Positions 44,205 to 56,917 of a stretch of DNA of 64,000 nt are shown one piece after another. Position 1 is the first letter of the stretch. Every line of letters starts with the position of its first letter. The notes under the pieces were generated by a model. It searched no databases. It saw only the letters and a program-made list of their open reading frames with translations, and was not told where the DNA came from. The stretch spans positions 1,344,001-1,408,000 of the forward strand of contig OZ241869.1 of the NCBI GenBank assembly GCA_965202805.1, written 5' to 3'. The translations under genes and the position numbers were made by a program. The DNA comes from Longimicrobiales bacterium (lineage in GTDB: Bacteria > Gemmatimonadota > Gemmatimonadetes > Longimicrobiales > Gaopeijiaceae).

Positions 44205-44816
44205 ATGCGCAAACACACCCTGGCAGCCCGCACCCTGCGGCGGATGTTGGCGCTGGCATGCCTTGCCGTGGCCGCGGCGCCGGCCGCCGCGCAGGAGGTG
44301 GAGGATGAGGATCTGGTTCCGGCCGGGTTCGGGACGCTGTTGCAGGACGAGGTCTCGCTTTCGCTCCGCTCCGGGGACCTGCTGATCAAGGCCACTCCGC
44401 TGGCCGAGGAGGTGACGCGCCTCACCGCCCCCGACACCCACGCCCGCCTCTCGGCGCTGGCCGGGGTTCATCGCGAGACGCTCGAATTCCAGACCCGGTC
44501 GACCGACCCGGTCCTCTTTCTCGTGTCGGTGTTCAGCTACCAGCCCGACGTCACCTACCAGCCCGAGGACATCAACATCGTCAACCAGGGCATCCGCGAG
44601 CGGCCGCTGGCCATTCAGGCGATCACCCCGGGATGGGGCGTGCAGCGGCTGAACCAGCAGGAGACCCAGATGGCGATCTACGCCTTCAGCCCCTTCATCA
44701 ACCTCGACCTCGACCTGGAGATCGAGTACAGGGACGCGCGCAACGCCGGCTGGCAGCGGATTCTGACGGTGCTGGAAGCCGAGCGCGCGAAGGTGCGGGC
44801 GCGGGCGGGGGGATAG
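44205..44816 (+). CDS. Hypothetical secreted protein
   Basis: Signal peptide ending AAA-Q; GGAGG RBS; coding-like GC3 bias; no family recognised. Confidence 0.75.
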   Translation: MRKHTLAARTLRRMLALACLAVAAAPAAAQEVEDEDLVPAGFGTLLQDEVSLSLRSGDLLIKATPLAEEVTRLTAPDTHARLSALAGVHRETLEFQTRSTDPVLFLVSVFSYQPDVTYQPEDINIVNQGIRERPLAIQAITPGWGVQRLNQQETQMAIYAFSPFINLDLDLEIEYRDARNAGWQRILTVLEAERAKVRARAGG

Positions 44817-44878
44817 TTTCCGGCTCGCGGACCGACGCCGGGCCAAACCCGCGCGCGAGACAGACCCGGGGGACCGGA

Positions 44879-44910
44879 CGTTCCCGGATCGGGCGTTCCC
44901 GGATCGAGCG

Positions 44911-44912
<2 letters not shown>
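44879..44912. repeat. 15-bp tandem duplication at the bEBP stop
   Basis: CGTTCCCGGATCGGG / CGTTCCCGGATCGAG / CGTT. Confidence 0.85.
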
Positions 44913-46704
<1,792 letters not shown>

Positions 46705-46791
46705 GGGGCTGCGGGGGTGCGGGGAGCGTGTGAGACGAGCACCGCGCGCGGGGGTGTGGGGTCGCCGGTCACCTCATGGGCCTCCGTGTCG

Positions 46792-47901
46792 TCAGCGGCG
46801 GATCGAGCCGTGCCGGTAGAAGGGGGGGCGGACCACCACGGCGGGGACATCCGCCCGGCGGATGCGCACGGCCACCTGCGTGCCCGGGGCGGCGAGGGGG
46901 GTGGGGAGGTAGCCCATCGCAATTCCCTCTCCCAGCGACGGGCTCACCGTGCCGCTGGTGAGGATTCCCGCCACCTCGCCCTCCGCCACGATCTCGTACC
47001 CGGGCCGCGGAAAGCCGCGTTCCAGCAGGCGCAGCCCCACGAGGCGACGCGGAACTCCATCGGCCTTCTGGCGCGCCAGCGCCTCGCGGCCCGAGAAATC
47101 GCCCTTCCCCGGCTTCACCACCCAGCCCAGCCCCGACTCGAGGGCGCTGTGCTCCTCGTCCAGATCGTTCCCGTAGAGGGCGTAGCCCATCTCGAGGCGC
47201 AAGGAGTCGCGGGCGCCCAGGCCGACGGGTTCCAGGCCCTGGCCGGCCCCGGCCTCGAGCAGCGCGCGCCAGACCCCCGCCGCATCGCCGGCTTCCAGAT
47301 ACAGCTCGAAGCCGTCCTCTCCGGTATACCCTGTCCGCGCCACCATCGCCGGGACTCCGGCGACCTCGCCGGTGGTGAAGCGGTAGTAGCCCACGGCGTC
47401 CAGGTCGGCGCCGGTGAGGCCGGCGAGAATGCCCGCGGCCGAAGGCCCCTGCAGCGCCAGCAGCGCGGTGCGGTCGGAGACGTCGTCCAACGCGCAGTCG
47501 AAGCGGGACGCGTGGCGTGACACCCACGCCCAGTCCTTGTCGCGGTTGGCCGCGTTGACCACCAGCAGGTAGCGGTCCTCGAAGCGATAGACCAGCAGGT
47601 CGTCCAGCACGCACCCATTCTCGTCGCAGAATGCGGAGTACTGCGCCTGTCCCACCTCCATGCGGCCGGCGTCGTTGGTGGTCAGCCACTGCACCAGCTC
47701 GAGGGCGCCGGCGCCGCGCAGCTCGAATTCACCCATGTGCGAGACATCGAAGAGACCCGCGCGCGCTCGCACCGCGGCGTGTTCGGCGCGGATGCCCCGG
47801 CTGTACTGCACCGGCATCTCGAATCCCGCGAACGGCACCATCCTGCCGCCGGCCCGCAGGTGTTCCTCGTGGAGCGGGGTGCGCGCGAGCCCGGCGCTCA
47901 T
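46792..47901 (-). CDS. gcvT: Glycine cleavage aminomethyltransferase
   Basis: RTPLH, FAGFEMPVQY, FDVSHMG, RTGYTGEDGFE, GLGARDSLRLE. Confidence 0.97.
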   Translation of the reverse strand: MSAGLARTPLHEEHLRAGGRMVPFAGFEMPVQYSRGIRAEHAAVRARAGLFDVSHMGEFELRGAGALELVQWLTTNDAGRMEVGQAQYSAFCDENGCVLDDLLVYRFEDRYLLVVNAANRDKDWAWVSRHASRFDCALDDVSDRTALLALQGPSAAGILAGLTGADLDAVGYYRFTTGEVAGVPAMVARTGYTGEDGFELYLEAGDAAGVWRALLEAGAGQGLEPVGLGARDSLRLEMGYALYGNDLDEEHSALESGLGWVVKPGKGDFSGREALARQKADGVPRRLVGLRLLERGFPRPGYEIVAEGEVAGILTSGTVSPSLGEGIAMGYLPTPLAAPGTQVAVRIRRADVPAVVVRPPFYRHGSIRR

Positions 47902-47937
47902 GCGGTCCATCCTCCGGCCACCCACTCCCGCCTCCTG

Positions 47938-48867
47938 TCACTCATCATCGCCATCCTCTCCCAGCAGCGCGATCAGGAGCGCCTTCTGGGTGTGCAATCG
48001 GTTCTCCGCCTCCCGGAACACACGCGAACGGGGGCCTTCCAGGACCGCCTCGGTGACCTCCTCTCCGCGGTGGGCGGGAAGGCAATGCAGGAAGATCGCC
48101 CGTCCGGAGGCCCGCGCCATCAGGGCGTCGTCCACCGTATAGCCCGAGAAGGCGCCGCGGCGAGCATCCGCCTCGCCCTCCTGTCCCATCGATGCCCACA
48201 CGTCGGTGGTGACCACATCGGCGCCCTCGGCAGCCTCTCGGGGTGACCGGGTGAGGCGCACGGGTGCGGTCGCGCGGGCGCTCGCCGCGATCTCCGGGTC
48301 CGGGTCGAAGCCGGGGGGACAGGCCAGCGCCAGCTCGAAGCCGAGAATGGACGCGGCGTTCAGCCAGGAGTTGGCCATGTTGTTGCCGTCCCCGATCCAG
48401 GCGACCCGGATCCCGTCGAACCCCGGTCCGAACTCCTCCTGCATGGTCATCAGGTCGGCGAGCAGCTGACACGGGTGCAGGAGGTCGGTGAGGCCGTTGA
48501 TGACCGGTATCGGCGCCCAGCGGGCCAGTTGCTCGACCTCCTCCTGGTCGAAGGTGCGGATCATGATGCCGTCCACGTAGCGCCCCAGGACGCGTGCGGT
48601 GTCGGCGAGCGGCTCGTCGCGGCCGATCTGCGTGTCCACGGCGGAGAGGAAGAGCGCCTGTCCGCCCAGCTGGACCATGCCCACCTCGAACGCCACCCGG
48701 GTGCGCGTGGAGTTCTTCCGGAAGACCATCGCCAGGGACTTGCCCCGGAGCGGCGCGCCCTCGCCCCCTCCCGCCTTCAGGCGCCGGGCGTGATCGAGCA
48801 ACGACACCAGCTCGTCCCGGGTGCAGTCCCGGAGGGACAGAAAGTCCTTCTTGCGGGCTCGGGTCAT
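47938..48867 (-). CDS. argF: Ornithine carbamoyltransferase
   Basis: STRTR, HPCQ, GDGNN, DVWASMG, HCLP. Confidence 0.97.
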   Translation of the reverse strand: MTRARKKDFLSLRDCTRDELVSLLDHARRLKAGGGEGAPLRGKSLAMVFRKNSTRTRVAFEVGMVQLGGQALFLSAVDTQIGRDEPLADTARVLGRYVDGIMIRTFDQEEVEQLARWAPIPVINGLTDLLHPCQLLADLMTMQEEFGPGFDGIRVAWIGDGNNMANSWLNAASILGFELALACPPGFDPDPEIAASARATAPVRLTRSPREAAEGADVVTTDVWASMGQEGEADARRGAFSGYTVDDALMARASGRAIFLHCLPAHRGEEVTEAVLEGPRSRVFREAENRLHTQKALLIALLGEDGDDE

Positions 48868-48922
48868 GGGTTCGGGGAAGGCGATTCCCGGTCGGCCGTA
48901 GGGAGGGACAATTGGCTACTCG

Positions 48923-48947
48923 GGTCTGCCATTTTGGCAGACGCGCC
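48923..48947. promoter_or_regulatory. Palindromic operator-like site, proximal to argF
   Basis: GTCTGCCA-TTT-TGGCAGAC perfect 8-bp dyad within a 25-bp direct repeat. Confidence 0.75.
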
Positions 48948-48950
48948 CCC

Positions 48951-48979
48951 AAGCTACCACGGACGGCGGTCGCTGGGAA
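48951..48979 (-). promoter_or_regulatory. Putative sigma-70 promoter of argF-gcvT-bEBP
   Basis: TTCCCA-17 nt-TAGCTT with TGn extension; same -10 hexamer as the atp promoter candidate. Confidence 0.5.
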
Positions 48980-48995
48980 GCCGCGAAGGGCATGA

Positions 48996-49020
48996 GGTCT
49001 GCCATTTTGGCAGACGCGCC
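48996..49020. promoter_or_regulatory. Palindromic operator-like site, distal to argF
   Basis: Identical 25-bp copy GGTCTGCCATTTTGGCAGACGCGCC, 73 bp from the first. Confidence 0.75.
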
Positions 49021-49067
49021 GCCGGTCGTCCCGGGAGCGGGAGGCACGGAAGCGTTCTCGGGCGCGT

Positions 49068-50579
49068 CTACAGGATGTAGCGCCGCAGATCCTCGTCCTC
49101 CGCGATCTCTTCCAGGTGTGTGCGCACGAACTCGCGGTCGACGATGAGCGGGCGCTCCATCTCCTCGCTGGGCAGCTCGAAGAGCACCTCCTCCAGCAGC
49201 GTCGTCATCACGGTCTGCAGGCGCCGGGCGCCGATGTTCTCCATCCGCTCGTTCAGGCGCGCCGCGATGCGCGCGATCTCCTCGACTCCGCCGGGGGTGA
49301 ACTCGGCCCGTGCCCCCTCGGTTTCGATGAGCGCCTGGTACTGCACCAGCAGGGCGTTTCTCGGCTCCTGCAGGATGCGCTTGAAGTGCCCTTCGTCGAG
49401 GCTGTGCAGCTCCACGCGGATGGGAAAGCGGCCCTGGAGTTCGGGAATCAGGTCGCTGGGCTTGGAGACGTGGAAGGCGCCGGCGGCGATGAACAGGACA
49501 TGGTCGGTGCGGACCAGCCCGTACTTCGTCTGGACGTTGCAGCCCTCCACCACCGGCAGCAGGTCGCGCTGGACCCCTCCCCGGCTGACGTCGGGGCCGT
49601 ACCCCCCGCGGTCGCCCGCGATCTTGTCGATTTCGTCGAGGAAGATCATCCCCATGTCTTCCGCCCGGATCAGCGCCTCGTTCACGACTTCGTCCATGTC
49701 CACGAGCCGGTCCAGTTCGTCCTGGATGAGAATGCGGCGCGCTTCCGCGACGGTGACGCTGCGGCGCTTGGTGCGCTTGGGCAGCATCTCCTGGAGCATC
49801 TCGGAGAAGTTGTACTCCATCCCCTCCATGCCGCCCATGGGCACCATCATGCCGTCGATGGCGGGAGCCTGGCTTACCTCCACCTCCACTTCGCGCTCCT
49901 CGAGTTCGCCGTCCCGGAGCAGGCCGCGGAGCTTCTCGCGGGTGCGCTGCCGCCGCATGACCAGGCGCTCATCCTCTTCGCTCAGCGCCTCTCCGGTTGC
50001 ATGCTCCTGTACGCCCCGGGGACCGGCCACGAAGACCTTCGGGACCCCGTCGGAGACCACCACGGGTCCCGCCGGGGGAGTGCGCCCATCCGCCGGCGGA
50101 AGCAGAAGATCCAGGAGCTGTTCCTCGACCCGGCGCTCCGCCTCCTCCTGGACGCTGTCCTCCCGCTCGGCGCGCACCATGTTCACCGCCGTGTCGACCA
50201 GGTCGCGGATCATCGACTCGACATCCCGCCCGACGTATCCCACTTCCGTGAACTTGGACGCCTCGACCTTGACGAAGGGCGCTCCGGTGAGCCGGGCCAG
50301 CCGGCGCGCGATCTCGGTCTTGCCGACGCCGGTGGTGCCCATGAGGATCAGATTGTTGGGCAGGATTTCGTCCCTCAGTTCGTCCTCGACGCGCTGCCGG
50401 CGCCAGCGGTTCCGCATCGCGATGGCGACCGCGCGCTTGGCCTCCTCCTGGCCCACGATGTACTTGTCCAGTTCGGTCACGATCTGGGTGGGCGTGAGCT
50501 GCTCGAGCCAGTCGGGCGCCGCGTCCGTCTCGGTCGCGGCTCTGGAAGGCGCCGCGGTCTCCGTCGTTGAAACAGCCAT
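49068..50579 (-). CDS. hslU: HslU ATPase
   Basis: GTTGVGKTEIARR (Thr where Pro is usual), KFTEVGYVGRDV, GVQRDLLP, PELQGRFP, C-terminal RYIL. Confidence 0.98.
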   Translation of the reverse strand: MAVSTTETAAPSRAATETDAAPDWLEQLTPTQIVTELDKYIVGQEEAKRAVAIAMRNRWRRQRVEDELRDEILPNNLILMGTTGVGKTEIARRLARLTGAPFVKVEASKFTEVGYVGRDVESMIRDLVDTAVNMVRAEREDSVQEEAERRVEEQLLDLLLPPADGRTPPAGPVVVSDGVPKVFVAGPRGVQEHATGEALSEEDERLVMRRQRTREKLRGLLRDGELEEREVEVEVSQAPAIDGMMVPMGGMEGMEYNFSEMLQEMLPKRTKRRSVTVAEARRILIQDELDRLVDMDEVVNEALIRAEDMGMIFLDEIDKIAGDRGGYGPDVSRGGVQRDLLPVVEGCNVQTKYGLVRTDHVLFIAAGAFHVSKPSDLIPELQGRFPIRVELHSLDEGHFKRILQEPRNALLVQYQALIETEGARAEFTPGGVEEIARIAARLNERMENIGARRLQTVMTTLLEEVLFELPSEEMERPLIVDREFVRTHLEEIAEDEDLRRYIL

Positions 50580-50589
50580 GGAATAACCT

Positions 50590-51135
50590 CTAGGACTCCA
50601 GGTCCAGAACCGTAATCTCTTCGTTGCTGTAGACGCAGATCTCGCCGGCGATCGCCAGGCTGGCGCGCACGACCTCGGAGGCGGAGAGCGAGGAATGCGC
50701 CCGGAGCGCGCGGGCCGCGGCCAGGGCATAGGCGCCTCCCGAACCGATCGCCACGACCTCGTCGTCGGGTTCGAGGACGTTGCCGTCCCCGCCGATCAGG
50801 AACAGGTGTTCGGCGTCCGCCACCACCAGAAGGGCATCCAGACGGCGCAGGGCGCGATCCGTCCGCCAGTCCTTCGCCATTTCGACGCACGCGCGCGTCA
50901 GGTTGGCGGGGAATTGCTCCAGCTTGGCCTCCAGCGTCTCGAAGAGCGTGAAGGCGTCCGCGACCGCCCCCGCGAACCCCGCCAGGAAGCGGCCGTCCTT
51001 GAGCGTGCGAACCTTCCGGGCCGCGGTCTTGACGATGGTGTCCCCCATCGTAACCTGGCCGTCGGCGCCCATGGCGACCCGACCCTCCTTGCGGACCGCA
51101 AGCACGGTGGTGCCGTGGAAACTCTGCGTGGTCAT
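50590..51135 (-). CDS. hslV: HslV peptidase
   Basis: [27 protein letters not shown]; short propeptide before catalytic Thr. Confidence 0.98.
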   Translation of the reverse strand: MTTQSFHGTTVLAVRKEGRVAMGADGQVTMGDTIVKTAARKVRTLKDGRFLAGFAGAVADAFTLFETLEAKLEQFPANLTRACVEMAKDWRTDRALRRLDALLVVADAEHLFLIGGDGNVLEPDDEVVAIGSGGAYALAAARALRAHSSLSASEVVRASLAIAGEICVYSNEEITVLDLES

Positions 51136-51299
51136 GTGTTCTCGATCCGGGTGAAGGCGGGCCGTCACGCGTGGCCTGGTGTGCGAAGGGCAGGACCAGC
51201 GAGGGAAAGATGCATCCGGTGATGCAAAGAGTACACCCGGAGGTCGGGCGCCGTGCGGTCAATGCAGAGCCGGGACCCTCGCGGACCGGTCTCGACGGG

Positions 51300-52217
51300 T
51301 CAGGCGCGCGGGTGAGCGCCGCCGTAGATGCGCTTGAGTCGTTCCTTGGATGTGTGCGTGTAGATCTGCGTCGTGGAAAGCGAGATGTGGCCCAGCAGTT
51401 CCTTGACCGACACCAGATCGGCCCCGGAGTCGAGGAGATGGGTCGCGAAACTGTGCCGCAGCGAGTGAACGGAAAGCCCCTCCGCTTCGGCGCCGCGTTC
51501 CAGCGCACTGCGTACCACGTACTGGATGGAGCGTCGTGAGAGGCGGCGGCCGTGACGGCTCAGGATGGCGGCGCGGCGGTCTCCCTCGTTCAGCGACACC
51601 ACGCGTTCCCGGTGCGGCTCGTAGCGCCTGAGCGCCCGCACCGCGGCCCCTGTCAGCGGCACGATGCGTTCCTTGCGCCCCTTCCCCATCACGCGCACGC
51701 GGTCGGAAATCAGGTCGATGCGGTCGCGGTCGAGCCCGTGGAGCTCGGCCAGGCGCACCCCGCTGCCGTAGAGGATCTCGAGAATCGCCAGGTTGCGGGT
51801 GCCGAGAAAGGTGTTCTCGGCGGAGCGCGCCTCCGCGGCGCGAAAGACGGCCCGCGCGTCGGCTTGCGACAGATGTCCGGGAAGGGGCTTGTCGGCGCGG
51901 GGCGTGCGGAGTGCGCGCGCGGGATTGCTCTCGATGTGCCCTTCCAGGTGCAGGAAGCGAAACAGGGAGCGGAGGGCCGAGAGCTTCCGCGCCGAGGTGC
52001 GCCGGGAGAGCCTGCGGCGGCGGCAGTGTCCCAGAAAGCCTCGCAGGGCGAGCCGGTCGACGTCGGCCCAACTCCAGCCGGCATGCCCGGTGTAGTCCGC
52101 GAAGAAGCGCTCGAAGTCCCGAATGTCGCGCCGGTATCCCGAGACCGTGTTCGGGGAGAGCTGCCGTTCGTCGGCGAGGGAGCGCAGGAACTCGCCGGCC
52201 TCGGGACTGACGCTCAC
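51300..52217 (-). CDS. xerC: Tyrosine recombinase XerC
   Basis: LYGSGVRLAE, GKGRKER, HSLRHSFATHLL, LLGH..TTQIYTH; topA-xerC-hslVU synteny. Confidence 0.92.
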   Translation of the reverse strand: MSVSPEAGEFLRSLADERQLSPNTVSGYRRDIRDFERFFADYTGHAGWSWADVDRLALRGFLGHCRRRRLSRRTSARKLSALRSLFRFLHLEGHIESNPARALRTPRADKPLPGHLSQADARAVFRAAEARSAENTFLGTRNLAILEILYGSGVRLAELHGLDRDRIDLISDRVRVMGKGRKERIVPLTGAAVRALRRYEPHRERVVSLNEGDRRAAILSRHGRRLSRRSIQYVVRSALERGAEAEGLSVHSLRHSFATHLLDSGADLVSVKELLGHISLSTTQIYTHTSKERLKRIYGGAHPRA

Positions 52218-52233
52218 GCGGCCCTGCGGTCCA

Positions 52234-54927
52234 TCATCGCCGCTTGCGGGTCCGCGCGGCGCGGGTGCGGCGCGCGCCCTTGCCGGCGGCCTTGCGCGCG
52301 GCGGCCCGGGCCAGCAGCTCGAGCGCCTCGTCCACTCCGAGGGATTCGGGATCGCGGCCCCTGGGGATGCCGGCGTTCACCTTGCCATCGGTGACATAGG
52401 GCCCGTAGCGCCCCTTGTAGACGTTCAGTGGCTCGCCCGTCGCCGGGTGTTTTCCGACGACGGCGAGCACGGCCTTGCCCGGCCTCGTGTCGAGCAGCGC
52501 GAGCGCTTCCTCCAGCGTGATGTCGAACGCCCGCTCCAGCGACTGGAGGTTGCGGTAGGTCTTCGCGCGATTGACGTACGGTCCGTACCTGCCCATGCCC
52601 GCGGTAACCCGCTGCCCGGTCCCGGGGTCCTCGCCGAGGACGCGGGGGAGCGCCAGAAGCCGGAGAGCGAAGGCCACATCGATCTGGTCCGGCGACATGC
52701 CTCGGGGGAGGCTGACGCGCCGCGGCCCGGCGTCGTCGTCGCCCAGCTGAACGTAGGGGCCGTACGGCCCGGCGCGGACGTAGACGTTCAGCCCGCTTTT
52801 CTGGTCACGGCCCAGCGGGCTCCTGCCGCGCAACCGCGCTTCGATCAGCTCCGAGGCCTTTTCCGGGGTCAGTTCGTCGATCAGGAGGTCCACGGGCAGC
52901 GCGGCTCTCGGCTTGTCCCTGCCCTCGCCGCGCTGGAGAAAGACATGCTGCTTGCCGATGCGCACCAGGAGCGGCTCGCCGGTCACTGGATCCTCGCCCA
53001 CGCGCAGGGCGGGATAGTCAATGCGCGGCAGCTCTTCCTCGATGCGCTTCTCCAGCCCGAGCGCGTCGTCGCCGTCGCCGCGGAAGAAGTCGGAGAGGAA
53101 GCGTACGTGGTCCACCGACCCGCCTGCGATCCGGTCGAGGGCGTCCTCCATTCCGGCCGTGAACCTGAGGTCGACGTAGTGCGGGAAGTGGTCGCGCAGC
53201 AGCTTGGTGACGCAGAGGCCGAGATAGGTCGGGACCAGCACGCCCTTCTTTCTGATGGCGTATTCGCGGTCTCGCAGCTTGGCCAGGGTGGGTTCGTAGG
53301 TGGAGGGCCGCCCGATGCCTTCCTCCTCGAGCTTGCGCACCAGCGCGGCCTCGGAGTAGCGCGGGCGCGGCTGGGTCTGTCGGCCCCGGGTTTCGACGCC
53401 CCTGATCTCGACCGCTTCCGGGCCGCGACGGGCCACGTCGCCTGCCGGGTCGGCGGATGTGCCGGAAGCGTTCGCGCGTCGGGCCCGGGGGTCATCCACG
53501 CCGATCAGCTGGCCTTCGACCACGCGCGGAAGGATGACGTCCTCGCGGTTCGTGCCCCACACGCGCTGGTAGCCCGGGAAGCGCACCACCGAGCCCGCGG
53601 CACGGAAGACATGGGCGGAGTCGCCGGCGCCGACCTGGAGCTCGATGGTGGTGCGCGCGATGCGTGCGTCGGCCATCTGCGAAGCCACCGCCCGCCGCCA
53701 GATCAACCCGTAGAGCCGCAGCTGATCGCGGTCCAGAAAGCGGCTCAGCGACTCGGGGGTCCGGCCGATCTCGGTCGGGCGGATGGCCTCGTGGGCCTCC
53801 TGGGCGTTGCGGGAGCGGGTCGCGTAGGGCCGCACGCCCTGATGGTACTCGTCCCCATAGCGCGCCCGGATGAAACGGGCGGCGTCCGCGAGCGCCTTCC
53901 GGCTGAGGCTCACCGAGTCGGTACGCATGTAGGTGATCAACCCTTCCCGGTTGCCTCCACCAAGGTCGATCCCCTCGTACAGCTGCTGCGCGAGCGCCAT
54001 GGTGCGACGGGGGGTCATGCGCAGCATCGAACTCGCGAACTGCTGCAGGGTCGAGGTGCTGAATGGGGGAGAGGGTCGGCGGGTGGTGTCCTTCTCCTCC
54101 ACGCGCCGCACCCGCCAGGGACGCGTCTCCATCGCCTCCCGGGCGATGGCGGAAGCGGCACTCTCGTCGAGCACGACGACCTTTCCCTTGAGGCGCGGAG
54201 CACCCGTTGTGGAGTCGAAGTTCTTCGCGGTGGCGACGGACTTGCCGCCGGTCTCGATGAGGTCGGCTGTGAATCCTCCATCATCGGCGTCCTCCCGGGA
54301 CCCGAGGGACGCCCTCACCCCCCAGTACTCCGTGGACTTGAACCTTTGCCGCTCCTCCTCCCTCTCCACCAGCAGGCGAAGGGCCACGCTCTGGACGCGG
54401 CCGGCGCTCAGCTTTGCCCGCACCTTCTTCCAGAGCACCGGCGAGAGCGAGTACCCGAACAGGCGGTCGAGCACGCGGCGGGTTTCCTGGGCCCGAACCA
54501 GCTGTTCGTCCACGCTGCGGGGCTGGGCGAGGGCGGCCTGGATGGCGGCGCGGGTGATCTCGTGGAAGGCGATGCGTTGCACGGGAACGCTCGGCTTCAG
54601 GACCTTGAGCAGGTGCCAGCTGATGGACTCGCCCTCGCGGTCTTCGTCGGTTGCGAGGATGAGTTCCTCCGCTCCCCGCACCTTCTTTCGCAAGGCGGTA
54701 ATGTGCTTCTTCGATTCCGCGGGAATCACGTAGACGGGTTCGAAGTCCCCCTCGACATCGACGCCCAGCCGTCCCCACGACTTCGAGCGCAGGCGCGCCG
54801 GGATTTCCCTCGCGGAGCGGGGCAGGTCGCGAATGTGGCCGAAGCTTGCCGCGACTTCGTATTCCCCGCCCAGAAAGCGCTTGATGGTTGCGGCCTTCGC
54901 GGGAGACTCGACGATGACGAGCTTCAT
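52234..54927 (-). CDS. topA: DNA topoisomerase I with C-terminal repeats
   Basis: VIVESPAKA, ATDEDREGE, SAGRVQS, ITYMRTD, AQEAHEAIRP; GPYGPY/GRYGPY repeats and basic tail. Confidence 0.99.
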   Translation of the reverse strand: MKLVIVESPAKAATIKRFLGGEYEVAASFGHIRDLPRSAREIPARLRSKSWGRLGVDVEGDFEPVYVIPAESKKHITALRKKVRGAEELILATDEDREGESISWHLLKVLKPSVPVQRIAFHEITRAAIQAALAQPRSVDEQLVRAQETRRVLDRLFGYSLSPVLWKKVRAKLSAGRVQSVALRLLVEREEERQRFKSTEYWGVRASLGSREDADDGGFTADLIETGGKSVATAKNFDSTTGAPRLKGKVVVLDESAASAIAREAMETRPWRVRRVEEKDTTRRPSPPFSTSTLQQFASSMLRMTPRRTMALAQQLYEGIDLGGGNREGLITYMRTDSVSLSRKALADAARFIRARYGDEYHQGVRPYATRSRNAQEAHEAIRPTEIGRTPESLSRFLDRDQLRLYGLIWRRAVASQMADARIARTTIELQVGAGDSAHVFRAAGSVVRFPGYQRVWGTNREDVILPRVVEGQLIGVDDPRARRANASGTSADPAGDVARRGPEAVEIRGVETRGRQTQPRPRYSEAALVRKLEEEGIGRPSTYEPTLAKLRDREYAIRKKGVLVPTYLGLCVTKLLRDHFPHYVDLRFTAGMEDALDRIAGGSVDHVRFLSDFFRGDGDDALGLEKRIEEELPRIDYPALRVGEDPVTGEPLLVRIGKQHVFLQRGEGRDKPRAALPVDLLIDELTPEKASELIEARLRGRSPLGRDQKSGLNVYVRAGPYGPYVQLGDDDAGPRRVSLPRGMSPDQIDVAFALRLLALPRVLGEDPGTGQRVTAGMGRYGPYVNRAKTYRNLQSLERAFDITLEEALALLDTRPGKAVLAVVGKHPATGEPLNVYKGRYGPYVTDGKVNAGIPRGRDPESLGVDEALELLARAAARKAAGKGARRTRAARTRKRR

Positions 54928-55506
54928 GGCGGGGGAGCTGTCGCTGGGCTGGAAGTGGGCGGGTCGACGCCTTGGCGCGCGAGGCGTGCGATCCGATTCG
55001 CAAGTGCGGATACGGAATACTCCTCGCCGTCCAGTGTCAACCGGGCGAGACGGTAGTACGACTCGCGTCGGGCAAGCAAGCGCCGGGCGCGCTCGACCGG
55101 TTGGGCGACGTTCAGGAGAGGTCTTTCGCCCTCCTGCTCCCGGGCCCGCGCCACCGCCGTCTCAGCGGTGACCCTGAGCCAGACGGAGAGGGTGTCGGCG
55201 GCCAGCCCCTCCATGTGGCCGGGCTGGGCCGCCCAGCCGCCCCCGGGCGCGAGCACGGTCCGGTCGCGGAGGAGGAGGGGTCGCGCCACCCGCGCCTCGA
55301 TCGCCCTGAAGCCGGCTTCGCCGGACCGTGCGAAGATGTCCGGGATCTGCTGTCCGGTCTCGCGCCGGATTTCTTCGTCCAGGTCGACGAACCGCCAGCC
55401 GAGCAGCCGCGCCACCTCGCGACCTACGGCCGACTTCCCGCTGGCCATGAAGCCGACCAGGACGATCCGTGAAGGTGCGGGCGGGGCGCCCTCGCCGCCG
55501 GCCGGG

Positions 55507-55514
<8 letters not shown>
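54924..55514 (-). CDS. aroK: Shikimate kinase
   Basis: LVGFMASGKS, DLD, GEAGFR, GGG, RPLL. Confidence 0.95.
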
Positions 55515-56715
<1,201 letters not shown>

Positions 56716-56748
56716 GTGGTTGAATCTCCCGGATAGAGGGTTGGCGGA

Positions 56749-56777
56749 GTCATAGCCAACCCTCACTCGGGCGTCAA
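56749..56777 (-). promoter_or_regulatory. Putative sigma-70 promoter of aroC
   Basis: TTGACG-17 nt-TATGAC. Confidence 0.35.
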
Positions 56778-56917
56778 CCCGGGGGTGCGGCGGCACCCGG
56801 AGCAACCTGCGCCCGTGGGCCCTGCCGGGTCCTGGATACCCGGACTCCTTCGGCGCCCGCGCGAACGGCGCCGACCGCCAGGTCCGGGCGGGATGCGCGC
56901 GCGGACTCATCCACGGA

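Noticed and set aside
51300..52217. Tyrosine recombinase as sign of an integrated element
   Set aside because: Housekeeping topA-xerC-hslVU context; no att repeats or cargo.
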